Source of the DNA: an uncultured Desulfobacter sp.
Lineage (GTDB): Bacteria; Desulfobacterota; Desulfobacteria; Desulfobacterales; Desulfobacteraceae
DNA length: 64,000 nucleotides
NCBI GenBank assembly: GCA_963665095.1
Contig: OY762069.1
Span: 5,088,001 to 5,152,000, forward strand
Reading direction: 5' to 3'
Shown: positions 53,796 through 64,000 of the stretch, piece after piece
Numbering within the stretch: the first letter of the stretch is position 1
Layout of the letters: every line of letters starts with the position of its first letter
Translations under genes and position numbers: made by a program
Notes under the pieces: model-generated
Told to the model about the DNA's origin: nothing
Databases searched by the model: none
What the model saw: only the letters and a program-made list of their open reading frames with translations

Positions 53796-55613
53796 ATGGA
53801 TACAAAAAGACTGATGCTGGGAAACGAGGCACTGGCTTATGGTTTGCTGAAAAACAGCTGCCAGATGGCTATGGCCTATCCGGGCACCCCTTCTTCGGAG
53901 ATTCTGTCCGCAGTTGTTTCCCTGAAAAAAGAGATGAATCTGGATATTCACGCCCAGTGGGCGGTGAATGAAAAAGTAGCGTTTGAGACCGCGTATGCCG
54001 GCGCCCAGGCTGGCCTTAGAACCGCTGTGGCCATGAAACAGGTGGGCCTGAATGTGGCGGCGGATCCTTTGATGAGTTCCGTATATTTAGGAGTCAAAGG
54101 TGGTTTTCTGGTGATCAGTGCGGATGACCCCGGCCCCCACTCCTCCCAGACCGAGCAGGACTCGCGACTTATGGCTGTCATGGCCAAGCTGCCGGTGCTG
54201 GACCCGGACTCTCCGGGCCAGGCAGCCGAACTTGCCGGCATTGCCTTTGAACTGTCCGAAGCCTTTGAAATCCCGGTGATGATGCGGCCCACCACCCGGG
54301 TCTGCCACTCCCGCCAGAGCATGGATGTGGAAAAGATTGAGATTACAATGCGCAAGGCTGCCTTTGATAAAAATCCGGGCAGATGGGCTGCCACGCCTAA
54401 GTTCCGGCTTCAGCTCCACAAGGAGCTGGAGGCCAAACTTGCCAAAATTGCAGACCATGAACCCACCCGTCCCCGGCTGGTGTCCGGCACGGCCAAAGGG
54501 TCCGGCCAGGCCATTGTGGTGGCAGGGGTGGCCGCGGCCAATGCCCGGGACATCATCAAAGAGCGGAACCTGGACATCCCCGTGTATCAGGTGGTCCAGC
54601 CCTTTCCCCTTCACAGGGATTTTATCCGGGAGCTGGATGCCTACGACGAGATCCTGGTACTGGAAGAGACCTGGGGCGTGATCGAAATGCAGCTGGCCGA
54701 CAAAAACCGCGTCAAGGGAAAGAACACAGGATTTATCTCTCCGGCGGGTGAGCTGCTGCCCGAAAACGTAGAGGAACGGATCTGTGCCTTTGCCGGCCTG
54801 GATTACCAGACCCCCGACATTACCACCCTGCCGGGACGGCGTCCCACCCTGTGTGCCGGCTGCCCCCACCGGGCCAGCTTTTACGCCATTAAAAAAGCCG
54901 CTCCCAAGGGCATATTCACCAGTGATATCGGGTGCTATACCCTGGGCTGCAATCTTGGGGCCGTGGATACGGTTACCTGTATGGGCGCAGGTGTCAGCCA
55001 AGCCGCAGGCTTCAGCATTGCCTATGCTAAAAACGAAAAGCAGCCCCCGGTGTTTTCCACCATCGGGGACTCCACCTTTTTCCATTCCGGCATCCCCGGA
55101 CTTATTGAAACCGTTACTAAAAAGATCCCTTACGTCCTGGTTATCCTGGACAACCGGACCACGGCCATGACAGGGCACCAGCCCACCCCTGCCACCGGCC
55201 GGGATGCCTCGGGCGACCCCTGCATTGCCGTTGATATCCCCGCCATTGTCAAAGGCTGCGGGGTCAATTTTATTAAAACGGCTGACCCTTACGACCTGCC
55301 GGCATTTATAGACCTTCTCAAGGAGGCAAAGGCGTATTGCAAAGAGAACGGTCCGGCCGTGGTTATTGCCGAGCATCCGTGTATTCTCAACCTGGACAGG
55401 GCCGAGCTTAAGGCCGGCTTTAAACGAGTGGTTGTCGACCTGGATGTATGTGACGGCTGCGGATATTGTGTCAGCCAGTTTGAGTGCCCGGCCCTGAGCC
55501 TGAACCAGGAGACAGAGCAGGTCGGCATAGACCCGGGGCTTTGCACCGGCTGCGCGGTCTGTTCATTTGTCTGCCCCAAGGGTGCCCTTGTACTTGAAAA
55601 TCAGGAGTCATAA
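53796..55613 (+). CDS. iorA: Indolepyruvate:ferredoxin oxidoreductase alpha subunit
   Basis: LGNEALA, YPGTPSSE, NEKVA, MKQVGLNVAAD, LCAGCPH, DIGC, GDSTF, two C-terminal 4Fe-4S motifs. Confidence 0.93.
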   Translation: MDTKRLMLGNEALAYGLLKNSCQMAMAYPGTPSSEILSAVVSLKKEMNLDIHAQWAVNEKVAFETAYAGAQAGLRTAVAMKQVGLNVAADPLMSSVYLGVKGGFLVISADDPGPHSSQTEQDSRLMAVMAKLPVLDPDSPGQAAELAGIAFELSEAFEIPVMMRPTTRVCHSRQSMDVEKIEITMRKAAFDKNPGRWAATPKFRLQLHKELEAKLAKIADHEPTRPRLVSGTAKGSGQAIVVAGVAAANARDIIKERNLDIPVYQVVQPFPLHRDFIRELDAYDEILVLEETWGVIEMQLADKNRVKGKNTGFISPAGELLPENVEERICAFAGLDYQTPDITTLPGRRPTLCAGCPHRASFYAIKKAAPKGIFTSDIGCYTLGCNLGAVDTVTCMGAGVSQAAGFSIAYAKNEKQPPVFSTIGDSTFFHSGIPGLIETVTKKIPYVLVILDNRTTAMTGHQPTPATGRDASGDPCIAVDIPAIVKGCGVNFIKTADPYDLPAFIDLLKEAKAYCKENGPAVVIAEHPCILNLDRAELKAGFKRVVVDLDVCDGCGYCVSQFECPALSLNQETEQVGIDPGLCTGCAVCSFVCPKGALVLENQES

Positions 55614-55615
55614 CA

Positions 55616-56167
55616 ATGTCAAATAATCAGCAGATTATCATTTCAGGTCTGGGCGGGCAGGGCGTTCTTTTTATCACCAAACTGCTTGCAGGCGCTGCCA
55701 TGGCAGACGGCCTTCCTGTACTGACCTCGGAAACCCACGGTATGGCCCAGCGGGGCGGCAATGTGATTTCATATCTTAAAATCGGTGATTTTTCAGGACC
55801 TCTGATCCGTCCGGCCACCGCAGATGCATTGATCGCCCTGAAAGCGGAAAGTTTTGCCCACCATTCATACTTTCTTAAACCCGGCGGGGTGGCTGTGGTG
55901 AATTCCAGCAGTATTGTGGAAGACGAAAAATACCGTGTTTTTTCAGGGGATGCCGCAGCCCTGGCCGAAGAGGCCGGTAATGTACGCAGCGAAAATGTGG
56001 CCATGCTGGGTTTTTTCCTGGGCGCCATGAAAGATGTGACTGATGCCTTCAGCCAGGCAAGCCTCTCCCGAGCGGTACAGCGCAAATTCCAGGCAAAACC
56101 CGCCGTGGCAGACAGCATTTTAAGCCTGCTTGAATCAGGCATGCAGCTTTACAAAGCAAAACAGTAA
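55616..56167 (+). CDS. iorB: Indolepyruvate oxidoreductase beta subunit
   Basis: GLGGQG, SETHGMAQRGG. Confidence 0.9.
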   Translation: MSNNQQIIISGLGGQGVLFITKLLAGAAMADGLPVLTSETHGMAQRGGNVISYLKIGDFSGPLIRPATADALIALKAESFAHHSYFLKPGGVAVVNSSSIVEDEKYRVFSGDAAALAEEAGNVRSENVAMLGFFLGAMKDVTDAFSQASLSRAVQRKFQAKPAVADSILSLLESGMQLYKAKQ

Positions 56168-56217
56168 CCTGAATATATTCCGGGCCAAGTATGAGGTCCG
56201 GTCTGATAAGGACAATA

Positions 56218-57504
56218 ATGAGTTTTATCCCTGAAATAACCAGTGGACAGATAACCAATATCCAGGAAGCGGGCCTGAAATGGACCGTATCCCACGCGTA
56301 TAACAACAGTTCCTATTACAGAAACAAGCTGGAAGCGGCCGGGTGCAGGTCCGAAGATATCACGGCGCTTTCCGACCTTGAGAAACTGCCCTTTACCGAC
56401 AAGATCGATTTTCTTGAGGATTACCCCTTTCCTTTACGCTCTGCTCCCATGTCTGACATCGTACGGATTCATGGATCATCCGGCACCACAGGCAAAAGAA
56501 AAATTCTTTGTTACACAAGAGAGGATGTGGACAACTGGGCCAATATCTTTGCCCGGTGTTATGAACTGGCCGGCGTCACCAGAGAGGACCGGGTACAGAT
56601 TGCGGTGGGGTACGGGCTGTGGACCGCTGGTGTGGGCTTCCAGAACGGGTGCGAACGGTTGGGTGCCATGGCCGTGCCTTTAGGTCCTGCCAACGTGGAC
56701 ATGCACATCGACATGCTTCTTGACCTTGAGGCTACGGTATTCTGTGCCACAGCCTCCATGGCCCTTCTTATGTCCGAAGAGATTGAGAAACGTAAACTGA
56801 CAGATAAAATCAAACTGAAAACCATAATTCTGGGCGCAGAGCGCCACAGTGCCTCCATGCGAAAACGCATCCAGGAGATTACCGGTGCCCAGCATATCCA
56901 TGATATCTACGGCATGACCGAACTCTACGGTCCCGGTACAGGGCTGGACTGCACGGAACATGCGGGCATTCACTACTGGGCCGATCATTTTATTTTTGAG
57001 GTCATTGATCCGGTCACCCTGAAACCTGTGCCTGAAGGGGAAGAGGGGGAGCTGGTGGTCACCACCCTGAAGAAACAGGGGACACCGCTTATCCGTTACC
57101 GGACCCATGATGTCACCCGGCTGATCCCCGGCCCGTGTGCCTGCGGCAATCCCTTCCCCAGGCATGCCCGGATTTCCGGCCGCACCGACGACATGTTTAT
57201 CTTCAGGGCTGTCAACATCTATCCCAGCCAGATTGATCATATCTTAAGCGGCATTGACGGTGTGGGCAGCGAGTACCAGATTCACCTGAACCAGGATGCC
57301 GACGGCAGGGATTACATGACCATCCGGGTGGAGCGTACGGCTGATGCCGGTGCGTCTGCTGACAACGGTCTTGCCGAACAGGTATCCGGCAGGATCCGCA
57401 AAAAACTGCTGGTCAGATCCCGGGTTGAGATCGTGGGGTATGGCGACCTGCCCCGGACTGAGAAGAAGAGTAAGCGGGTATACGACAACCGTCCGGAGGC
57501 TTAG
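56218..57504 (+). CDS. paaK: Phenylacetate-CoA ligase family protein
   Basis: RIHGSSGTTG, YGMTE..GPG, PLIRYRTHD, GRTDDM, NIYPSQI. Confidence 0.9.
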   Translation: MSFIPEITSGQITNIQEAGLKWTVSHAYNNSSYYRNKLEAAGCRSEDITALSDLEKLPFTDKIDFLEDYPFPLRSAPMSDIVRIHGSSGTTGKRKILCYTREDVDNWANIFARCYELAGVTREDRVQIAVGYGLWTAGVGFQNGCERLGAMAVPLGPANVDMHIDMLLDLEATVFCATASMALLMSEEIEKRKLTDKIKLKTIILGAERHSASMRKRIQEITGAQHIHDIYGMTELYGPGTGLDCTEHAGIHYWADHFIFEVIDPVTLKPVPEGEEGELVVTTLKKQGTPLIRYRTHDVTRLIPGPCACGNPFPRHARISGRTDDMFIFRAVNIYPSQIDHILSGIDGVGSEYQIHLNQDADGRDYMTIRVERTADAGASADNGLAEQVSGRIRKKLLVRSRVEIVGYGDLPRTEKKSKRVYDNRPEA

Positions 57505-57577
57505 TGTTTGAACGTAAAGTCACCCACCTGCTGCGTTGCAGAAACATTTGCATCTGGGCAATTTTACGCCCAGACAC
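57504..57577. repeat. Imperfect palindromic intergenic element (REP/MITE-like)
   Basis: 23-nt terminal inverted repeats GTGTTTGAACGTAAAGTCACCCA / TGGGCAATTTTACGCCCAGACAC (17/23 match). Confidence 0.45.
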
Positions 57578-57659
57578 AGGACGGAACGTTAGGCAGACAT
57601 GAAATATTTTTCAAATGATATGAATCTATTCCCTGTGGGGAAAACTTGAAGGAGTTAAA

Positions 57660-58679
57660 ATGAAAAAACTGTCATTGTTTTTCTGTGTTCTGGCAGCTGC
57701 GGCAATCGTTTCCGGAACAGCCCCTGTACCGGCCCTGGCAAAAAAAGTCAGCCTGAATTATGCCAATTTTCCCCCGGCGCCCACCTTCCCCTGTGTTCAG
57801 ATGGAAAGATGGAAAACCGAAATTGAAAAACGCACGGATGGGGCAGTACAGATCAATACCTTTCCCGGCGGTACCCTGCTTGGTGCCAAAGATATGATGG
57901 ACGGGGTTATAAACGGCCAGGCCGACATCGGCTGCATCTGCATGGCCTATCAGCCAGGCAGATTTACGGTGACAAATGCCACAAGCCTGCCCCTGGATAT
58001 CCCCGATGCCAAAACCGGCAGCCTGGTGCTTTTAGACCTGTACAATAAATACCAGCCTGACGCCTTTGATAAAGTCAAAGTGCTGACCATGTTTGTTACA
58101 GCCCCTGCCAACATCATGTCCAAGGAGCCGGTGGCCGAGCTTTCCGACCTCAAGGGCCTGGATCTGCGGGCCTCAGGCGGGGCTGCTCAGATTCTTAAAG
58201 CCTGGGGTGCCAACCAGGTGGGCATGCCCATGTCCGACACTCCCGAAGCCCTGCAGAAAGGCGTGGTCAAAGGGCTTTTTTCTTCTCTGGAGGTCATGAA
58301 GGATCTTAAATTTGCTGAAATCTGCAAGTACATCACCATCACTGACACGGTAATCTATCCCTTTGCCGTAATTATGAACAAAAGCGCCTGGAACAAGCTG
58401 CCGGATCCTGTCAAAGGGGTGATGAACGGCATGATTGAGGAACAGGCTGCCTGGACCGGCAATTATATGGACAACCATGTCCAGGATGCCATTGAATGGT
58501 CAAAACAGGAGCATCAGGTCAAAGTGATTACACTGACGCCTGAGAAAAAAGCGGATTGGAATAAAAAGCTGGCCCCAATTACGGAAAACTGGGTTAAAGC
58601 TGCCAAGGAAAAGGGCCTGCCCGGAGACCAGATCGTTCAAGATATCAAAGAATTAATTGTGAAACGCACCGGAAATTAA
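57660..58679 (+). CDS. dctP: TRAP transporter substrate-binding protein DctP
   Basis: Signal peptide; FPGGTL, DLKGLDLR, MPMSD.PEALQKGVV. Confidence 0.9.
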   Translation: MKKLSLFFCVLAAAAIVSGTAPVPALAKKVSLNYANFPPAPTFPCVQMERWKTEIEKRTDGAVQINTFPGGTLLGAKDMMDGVINGQADIGCICMAYQPGRFTVTNATSLPLDIPDAKTGSLVLLDLYNKYQPDAFDKVKVLTMFVTAPANIMSKEPVAELSDLKGLDLRASGGAAQILKAWGANQVGMPMSDTPEALQKGVVKGLFSSLEVMKDLKFAEICKYITITDTVIYPFAVIMNKSAWNKLPDPVKGVMNGMIEEQAAWTGNYMDNHVQDAIEWSKQEHQVKVITLTPEKKADWNKKLAPITENWVKAAKEKGLPGDQIVQDIKELIVKRTGN

Positions 58680-58689
58680 TCAGGTGTCC

Positions 58690-59175
58690 ATGGAAGCCAT
58701 TGATAAAATAAGCGATTTTTTGAACCGGTGGGCCGGCATTATTGCGGGGATCATCCTGGTGTTCATGATTCTTCTGACCATGGGCAATATTGTGTTGCGC
58801 CGTGTCTGGGTGCCCATTAGGGGCACCTATGAGATCATGGGTTTTGCAGGGGCCGTGATCACGGCCATGGCCATGGGGCTTACCCAGAAAAAAAGAGAGC
58901 ATATCCATGTGGATATTCTGGTCAGCCGCTTTCCGCGGGTAGTCAAAAAGGTGGTTTTTGGGGTGAACACGGCACTATGCTCCGCCTTTTTCCTGGTGGC
59001 GGCCTGGTTTGTGGTGCAGCGGGGCATGACCCTTTTTGAAACAGGCGAGGTCTCTGAAACCCTTAGAATGGCCTATTATCCCTTTGCCTTTGTGGTGGCA
59101 TTCGGCTGCTTTCTGCTGGCGGCCATGCTCTTTATTGATCTGATTAAATTGTTTGTTTTAAAGGATTCCAAATGA
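58690..59175 (+). CDS. dctQ: TRAP transporter small permease DctQ
   Basis: 4 TMs; HIHVDI motif. Confidence 0.88.
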   Translation: MEAIDKISDFLNRWAGIIAGIILVFMILLTMGNIVLRRVWVPIRGTYEIMGFAGAVITAMAMGLTQKKREHIHVDILVSRFPRVVKKVVFGVNTALCSAFFLVAAWFVVQRGMTLFETGEVSETLRMAYYPFAFVVAFGCFLLAAMLFIDLIKLFVLKDSK

Positions 59176-60473
59176 GTCTGACCCTGGTGGGCATCCTTGG
59201 GATTGCCATTCTCATGCTGCTGCTCTTCGTGTTCGGTATGCCCGTAAGTTTTGCCATGGCCCTGGTGGGATTTGGCGGATTTTCCTATATCATCAACTTT
59301 AATGCCGGGGTCAACATGGTGAGCCAGGAGATCTGGTCCGTGTTTTCCAAATATGGGCTTACGGTGATTCCTCTGTTTGTCTTTATGGGTCAGATTGCAT
59401 TCTATTCCGGCGTGAATGAAAGGCTCTACAAGGCGGCGTACAAGTGGGTGGGCCATATCCGTGGCGGCATTGCCATGGCAACCATTATGGCCTGTGCCGC
59501 CTTCGCCGCCATCTGCGGTTCCAACACCGCCACGGCAGCCACCATGACCACCGTGGCATTCCCTCAGATGTCCAACTTCAAGTACAAACCCATGCTCTCC
59601 TGCGGGGCCATTGCCTGCGGTTCCACCTTAGGGGTTGTGATCCCGCCGTCCGTGGTTCTGATCATCATCGGTCTTTCAACGGAACAGTCCATTGCCAGGC
59701 TTTTTTACGGTGGCATCGGGGCTGGTATTCTTTTATGCCTGCTTATGCTGTTCTCTGTCTACGTGGTGTGCCGTCTGAATCCCGAATGGGGACCGGCCGG
59801 GCCAAAGTCCGGGTTCAACGAGCGCATACGCTCACTTTCCGGCGCCATTGAGATGTTGATCCTTTTCTTTCTGATTATGACCGGACTCTATGCCGGTTAT
59901 TTTACCCCCTCCGAAGCCGGCGGGGCAGGTGCTTTTTTTGCAGTGGTCATCAGCCTGGTTCAGCGGACACTTTCCTGGGAAAATTTTAAAAAGGCGGTTA
60001 TGGATACGCTGCGGGTCTCCTGCATGGTGATCATGCTCATTACAGGGGCCATGATTCTGGGCAAGTTTTTAACACTTACCCGCATTCCTTTTAACATGGC
60101 CTCCTGGGTGGCAGACTTAAATGTCCCCGACCCTGTGATTCTGGCTGTAATTTTTGGCATGTACGCCATTGGCGGCGCCATCATGGATGCCCTGGCCCTT
60201 TTGCTGATCACCATTCCCATCTTTTTCCCGGTGGCCGCAGAGATGGGATGCGATCCCATCTGGTTTGCGGTACTCATCACCGTGGTCACCACCCTCGGGG
60301 CGGTGACTCCGCCCGTGGGCGCCACTACCTATGTGGTCGCCGGTATGGCCAAAGGCAGCACCTTAAACGAGGTGTTTAAAGGGGTGACTTTCTTTCTTCC
60401 GGCCTACCTGATCTGCATTGTCCTGCTGATGGTCTTTCCCTGGATCATTACCTTTTTGCCGGGGTTGCTGTAG
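59172..60473 (+). CDS. dctM: TRAP transporter large permease DctM
   Basis: IPLFVFMG, IPPS, FTPSEA, TPPVG. Confidence 0.93.
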   Translation: MSLTLVGILGIAILMLLLFVFGMPVSFAMALVGFGGFSYIINFNAGVNMVSQEIWSVFSKYGLTVIPLFVFMGQIAFYSGVNERLYKAAYKWVGHIRGGIAMATIMACAAFAAICGSNTATAATMTTVAFPQMSNFKYKPMLSCGAIACGSTLGVVIPPSVVLIIIGLSTEQSIARLFYGGIGAGILLCLLMLFSVYVVCRLNPEWGPAGPKSGFNERIRSLSGAIEMLILFFLIMTGLYAGYFTPSEAGGAGAFFAVVISLVQRTLSWENFKKAVMDTLRVSCMVIMLITGAMILGKFLTLTRIPFNMASWVADLNVPDPVILAVIFGMYAIGGAIMDALALLLITIPIFFPVAAEMGCDPIWFAVLITVVTTLGAVTPPVGATTYVVAGMAKGSTLNEVFKGVTFFLPAYLICIVLLMVFPWIITFLPGLL

Positions 60474-60628
60474 AAAGACACCATTTTACGTTTTAGGTCT
60501 TGCCCTGATTTTTTATCCTTTGGTTGACAAAAAGGCCGTTCGTTGCCCAGATCCGGGATAGTTTCCGGATCAATACCCGGTGGTGTGACCACCGTTCCCG
60601 GGAGTGTGATGAAAATCACCGGGGGCGT

Positions 60629-62533
60629 TTATGACTCCTTTTTCGGGCCGGGCGGTTCGTTCATATCATGTTCGTTCATATCAAAGGACATGATCACTTC
60701 AATCTCCCCGCCCTCGCCCCGTATGAATTTGGCGTGGGGGTAGGTATTCTTGAATACATTGAGCATTTTGTGGTTTTCCGCCAGAACAATGGCGGTAAAG
60801 CAGGTGTAATTATTCTGCCGGGCGATCTGTTCCAGGCAGTTCAGCAGGAAGGTGGCAATCCCCTGTCCATGCAAATCCTCCTGCACCAGGAATGCCACTT
60901 CAGCGCTTTGGCTGTCCACCTCTGCATAGGAGGCCACCGCCACTATTTCTTTGCGCTTACCCTGCTGTATCAGGGCGATGAGGGTCATATTCCTGCTGTA
61001 ATCCACCTGGCTCCACATCTGCTGGAGCAGTTTCCGGGAAAAGACCTTCCGCCGGTTAAAAAAACGGAAATAGATGGAGTCTTCCTGAAGGGAGTAGTAA
61101 AAATTTCTGGATTCAAATTCGTCTGACGGCTGCAGGGGGCGGACCTCCAGGTGTTTGCCGCCGGCAAGGGTCATGAGGTATTTGTAGGCATTGAGAAATA
61201 CCAGATCCTGGCTGGTGGGGGGCAGCTGATCACTGAAGATGTAATGACGCTTCTTGGCCTCTTCAATCAGTTCCTTGCGGAATTTCGGGTGGGCAATCTG
61301 GACCAGTTCTATGACCCGCTGAAAAATGCTTTTACGCCGGATTTCCGCGATGCCATATTCAGTGACCACAATGTCAATATCTCCCCGGGCCGTGGCCACA
61401 CCCGCGCCTTCGCTCAGGTGCGGGACAATTCTGGATACTTTGCCGTTCTGGGCTGTGGAGGGAATAATGACAATGGAAAATCCCCCTTTGGACATGGCAG
61501 AGCCCCTGATAAAATCCACCTGGTCGCCAATGCCTGAATAAAACATATATCCCTTTGAATCTGTGCAGATCTGTCCTGTGAGATCCACCTCCAGTGCCGA
61601 ACTGATGGAGATCAGATTGTCGTTTTTTGCAATGACATTGGGGTCGTTGACAAATTCCGAGGATATGAAATAGAACATGGGGTTGTCATTCACATACTCA
61701 TATAACTGCCTGGAGCCCATGCACAGAGATGCCACGGCCCGCTGCCCGAGATAGTTCTTTCTGCGGTTGGTGATCACTTTCTGCTCAAACAGAGGCAGCA
61801 TCCCTTCTGTGATGACCTGGGTGTGAATGCCCAGGTCTTTTTTGCCGGCCAGGTAGGGCAGAACAGCATCGGGCAGATGGCCGAATCCGATCTGCAGGGT
61901 GGCACCGTCGTCCACCAGCTGACTCACATAGTTCCCAATCCGTTCGATAACTGTTTTGTTTTTGGATATGGGGATGGATTCCAGCAGGTCTTCTTCGTAT
62001 TCCACGATATAGTCTATGTCGTCAATGTGGACCAGGGAGTCCCCCCAGGTCCTGGGCATATGTGGGTTTACCTGGGCAATGGTGACAGAGGCGTTTTTTG
62101 TCCCGGACAGGGTAATGTCCACGGAGATGCCTAAAGAACAGTACCCGTGCGGGTCAGGAGGACTGACCTGGATCAGGGCAAAATCCAGGCCAATCTCATT
62201 ATCACTGAAAACTTTGGGAATCTGTGACAGGTAGACCGGGATGTAATCGATCTTTCCTTCATATGCAAATTTACGCATGAGAACGGAAATAAAAAAGAGC
62301 TTAATGGAAAACCGGGATGAAAAGTTATCATCATTGAGGTATTCCGCCAGGGTGGTTGACAGCATCTGATAGACAACAATGTCCTGCAGAGACTGGTTTT
62401 CGACCATGGCCCGGATCAGCTGCTGGGGTTCCCCGCATCCTGTGCCGATGAATACCCGTGATCCATTACGAATTTTCCTGACGCTTTCTTCCGCGGTGAG
62501 CAGCTTTTCAGGGCAGACCTGTTTTAAATCCAT
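60629..62533 (-). CDS. Acetyl-CoA hydrolase/transferase fused to C-terminal GNAT domain
   Basis: QVSPPD.HG..SLG, DGATLQIG.G, SGIGDQVDF, VVTEYG.A, IAHP.FR; EVAFLV...HGQGIA GNAT. Confidence 0.88.
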   Translation of the reverse strand: MDLKQVCPEKLLTAEESVRKIRNGSRVFIGTGCGEPQQLIRAMVENQSLQDIVVYQMLSTTLAEYLNDDNFSSRFSIKLFFISVLMRKFAYEGKIDYIPVYLSQIPKVFSDNEIGLDFALIQVSPPDPHGYCSLGISVDITLSGTKNASVTIAQVNPHMPRTWGDSLVHIDDIDYIVEYEEDLLESIPISKNKTVIERIGNYVSQLVDDGATLQIGFGHLPDAVLPYLAGKKDLGIHTQVITEGMLPLFEQKVITNRRKNYLGQRAVASLCMGSRQLYEYVNDNPMFYFISSEFVNDPNVIAKNDNLISISSALEVDLTGQICTDSKGYMFYSGIGDQVDFIRGSAMSKGGFSIVIIPSTAQNGKVSRIVPHLSEGAGVATARGDIDIVVTEYGIAEIRRKSIFQRVIELVQIAHPKFRKELIEEAKKRHYIFSDQLPPTSQDLVFLNAYKYLMTLAGGKHLEVRPLQPSDEFESRNFYYSLQEDSIYFRFFNRRKVFSRKLLQQMWSQVDYSRNMTLIALIQQGKRKEIVAVASYAEVDSQSAEVAFLVQEDLHGQGIATFLLNCLEQIARQNNYTCFTAIVLAENHKMLNVFKNTYPHAKFIRGEGGEIEVIMSFDMNEHDMNEPPGPKKES

Positions 62534-62629
62534 AGTTTTTCTCCTGCCGGTTAAATGCCAGAGTCGAAATCTTTTAAGCCCTTGTACAGGTCAAAGCAAA
62601 CCACAAAACAGCCGAATAATCAATTGTCT

Positions 62630-63892
62630 TTATTGTTTGAAGATCGTTTTGGGTTCAAAATTCAACGTGGCAAAATAGTCATCCAGGTTTTCTGCACGGC
62701 GGATCAGCTCAATACTTCCATCGCTTTTAAGCAGCAGTTCTTTAGGGCGAAGGTGACCATTGTAATTAAATCCCATGGCGTGGCCGTGGGCGCCTGTGTC
62801 ATGGATAACCAGAAGGTCTGACTCCCGGGTTTCCGGCAGATCCCTCTGGATGGCGAATTTGTCATTGTTCTCACACAGAGCGCCCACCACATCCACGGTT
62901 TTTACCGGTGCGGATGCCGGTTTTCCGTGGATATGAATATGGTGGTAGGCCCCATACATGCCCGGGCGCATCAGGGAGGACATGGAGGCGTCCACGCCCA
63001 CATAGTTGCGGTAGGTGTTTTTGTGGTTGATGACCGAGGTGACAAGTGCGCCGTGGGGACCGGTAATGAACCGGGCACTTTCCATATAAAGCCTGGGTAC
63101 CCAGCCATTTTTTGCCTCAAAGGTTTCAAAGGCCTGGACAATACCTTTGGCCATGCCGGTGATATTGAAAGGTGCTGCATCCGGAGTGTAGGGAATCCCG
63201 ATGCCACCGCCGATGTTGATAAATTCAAAGCGGATATCCAGTGCCGCGGTGATTTCCTGACATAAATCCAGCAGCATAACAGCTGTGTCAATCATATATT
63301 GATAGTTGGATTCATTGGATGCCAGCATGGTATGAAGGCCAAACTGTTTCACCCCAAGGGCTTTGGCCTGCTCATAGGCTGAAAATATCTGGGCTCTGGT
63401 CAATCCGTATTTGGCCTCTTCGGGTTTGCCGATAATGGCATTTCCCTGACGTTCGGCGCCGGGGTTGTATCTGAAACAGAGCCGTTCCGGGATTTCCGGC
63501 AGTTTGGGAATCAGGGTAATATCATCCAGGTTGATGATACTGCCACCCTGGTCCATGGCAATTTTCAACTGCTCCCTGGTGGTGTTGTTGGAGGTAAACA
63601 TGATCTCCTCAGCCTGGCTGCCGACCTTGCGGGACAACATAAGCTCCGCGACAGAAGAGCAGTCAAAGCCGAATCCCTGTGATTTAAGCACAGTCATCAC
63701 AGCGGGATTAGGCAGGGCTTTAACTGCAAAATATTCTTTAAATCCTTTAATCGGGGCAAACACTTTTTTCAGTTTTTCGCAGGTCTGAATAATTCCTGCT
63801 TCATCATAGATATGAAAAGGCGTACCAAAGGCAGCCGCCGCATTTTCGATAACAAAAGAAAGGCGGGTTTTAAACTCAGATGACATGGGCAT
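62630..63892 (-). CDS. lysA: Diaminopimelate decarboxylase
   Basis: TPFHIYDE, FAVKA.PN (PLP Lys), KYG, NIGGG.G, CENND, GAHG..M..NYN. Confidence 0.9.
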   Translation of the reverse strand: MPMSSEFKTRLSFVIENAAAAFGTPFHIYDEAGIIQTCEKLKKVFAPIKGFKEYFAVKALPNPAVMTVLKSQGFGFDCSSVAELMLSRKVGSQAEEIMFTSNNTTREQLKIAMDQGGSIINLDDITLIPKLPEIPERLCFRYNPGAERQGNAIIGKPEEAKYGLTRAQIFSAYEQAKALGVKQFGLHTMLASNESNYQYMIDTAVMLLDLCQEITAALDIRFEFINIGGGIGIPYTPDAAPFNITGMAKGIVQAFETFEAKNGWVPRLYMESARFITGPHGALVTSVINHKNTYRNYVGVDASMSSLMRPGMYGAYHHIHIHGKPASAPVKTVDVVGALCENNDKFAIQRDLPETRESDLLVIHDTGAHGHAMGFNYNGHLRPKELLLKSDGSIELIRRAENLDDYFATLNFEPKTIFKQ

Positions 63893-64000
63893 GGGTCAGG
63901 GTTCCTTTAAACAAAATTATAAAGTTAAGAATCATGACAGATCAGATTCATCCGGCAGCCTTATTTTGGCGCTCTCCTTGAATGTGGACAGCGCAATAAA

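Noticed and set aside
54087..55376. 429-aa antisense ORF
   Set aside because: Shadow of GC3-rich iorA; no recognisable motifs
1..64000. CRISPR array, tRNA/rRNA, transposase, integrase or prophage genes
   Set aside because: No regularly spaced direct repeats or recognisable RNA-gene or mobile-element motifs seen by eye; small RNAs could have been missed

Overview
Bacterial chromosomal window, probably from a Desulfobacter-like sulfate reducer (inferred from gene content; taxonomy is not provable here). Positions ~1-51,200 form one large cell-surface locus. It begins with the 3' part of a type II secretion operon: a GT-C-like/TPR gene, gspK-L-M-C and a lipoprotein secretin gspD. Next comes a periplasmic binding protein / HAMP kinase / sigma54 activator / TonB-dependent receptor module. 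That is followed by a CAP-like protein, a 606-aa acidic candidate S-layer protein with highly-expressed codon usage, a GP42-type transglutaminase-like protein sharing its C-terminal domain, a UGA-readthrough (Sec) UshA-like protein, and TPR/Sel1 proteins. A long Wzm/Wzt glycan cluster follows, with methyltransferases, two radical SAM enzymes, a eukaryote-type UDP-galactopyranose mutase, WbbN/WbbO-like and other glycosyltransferases, glycoside hydrolase-like proteins, an arylsulfotransferase and a sulfotransferase. Positions ~51,600-64,000 hold mostly housekeeping/metabolic genes: DHFR-like, mntP, iorAB, paaK, TRAP transporter, acetyl-CoA hydrolase-GNAT fusion and lysA. This part also contains a tiny ORF absent from the ORF track, ending CRS-UGA, whose downstream hairpin is nearly identical in sequence and exactly identical in spacing to the candidate SECIS of the UshA-like gene. 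No rRNA, tRNA, CRISPR array or transposase was recognised. All family assignments come from motif recognition by eye, not database searches.
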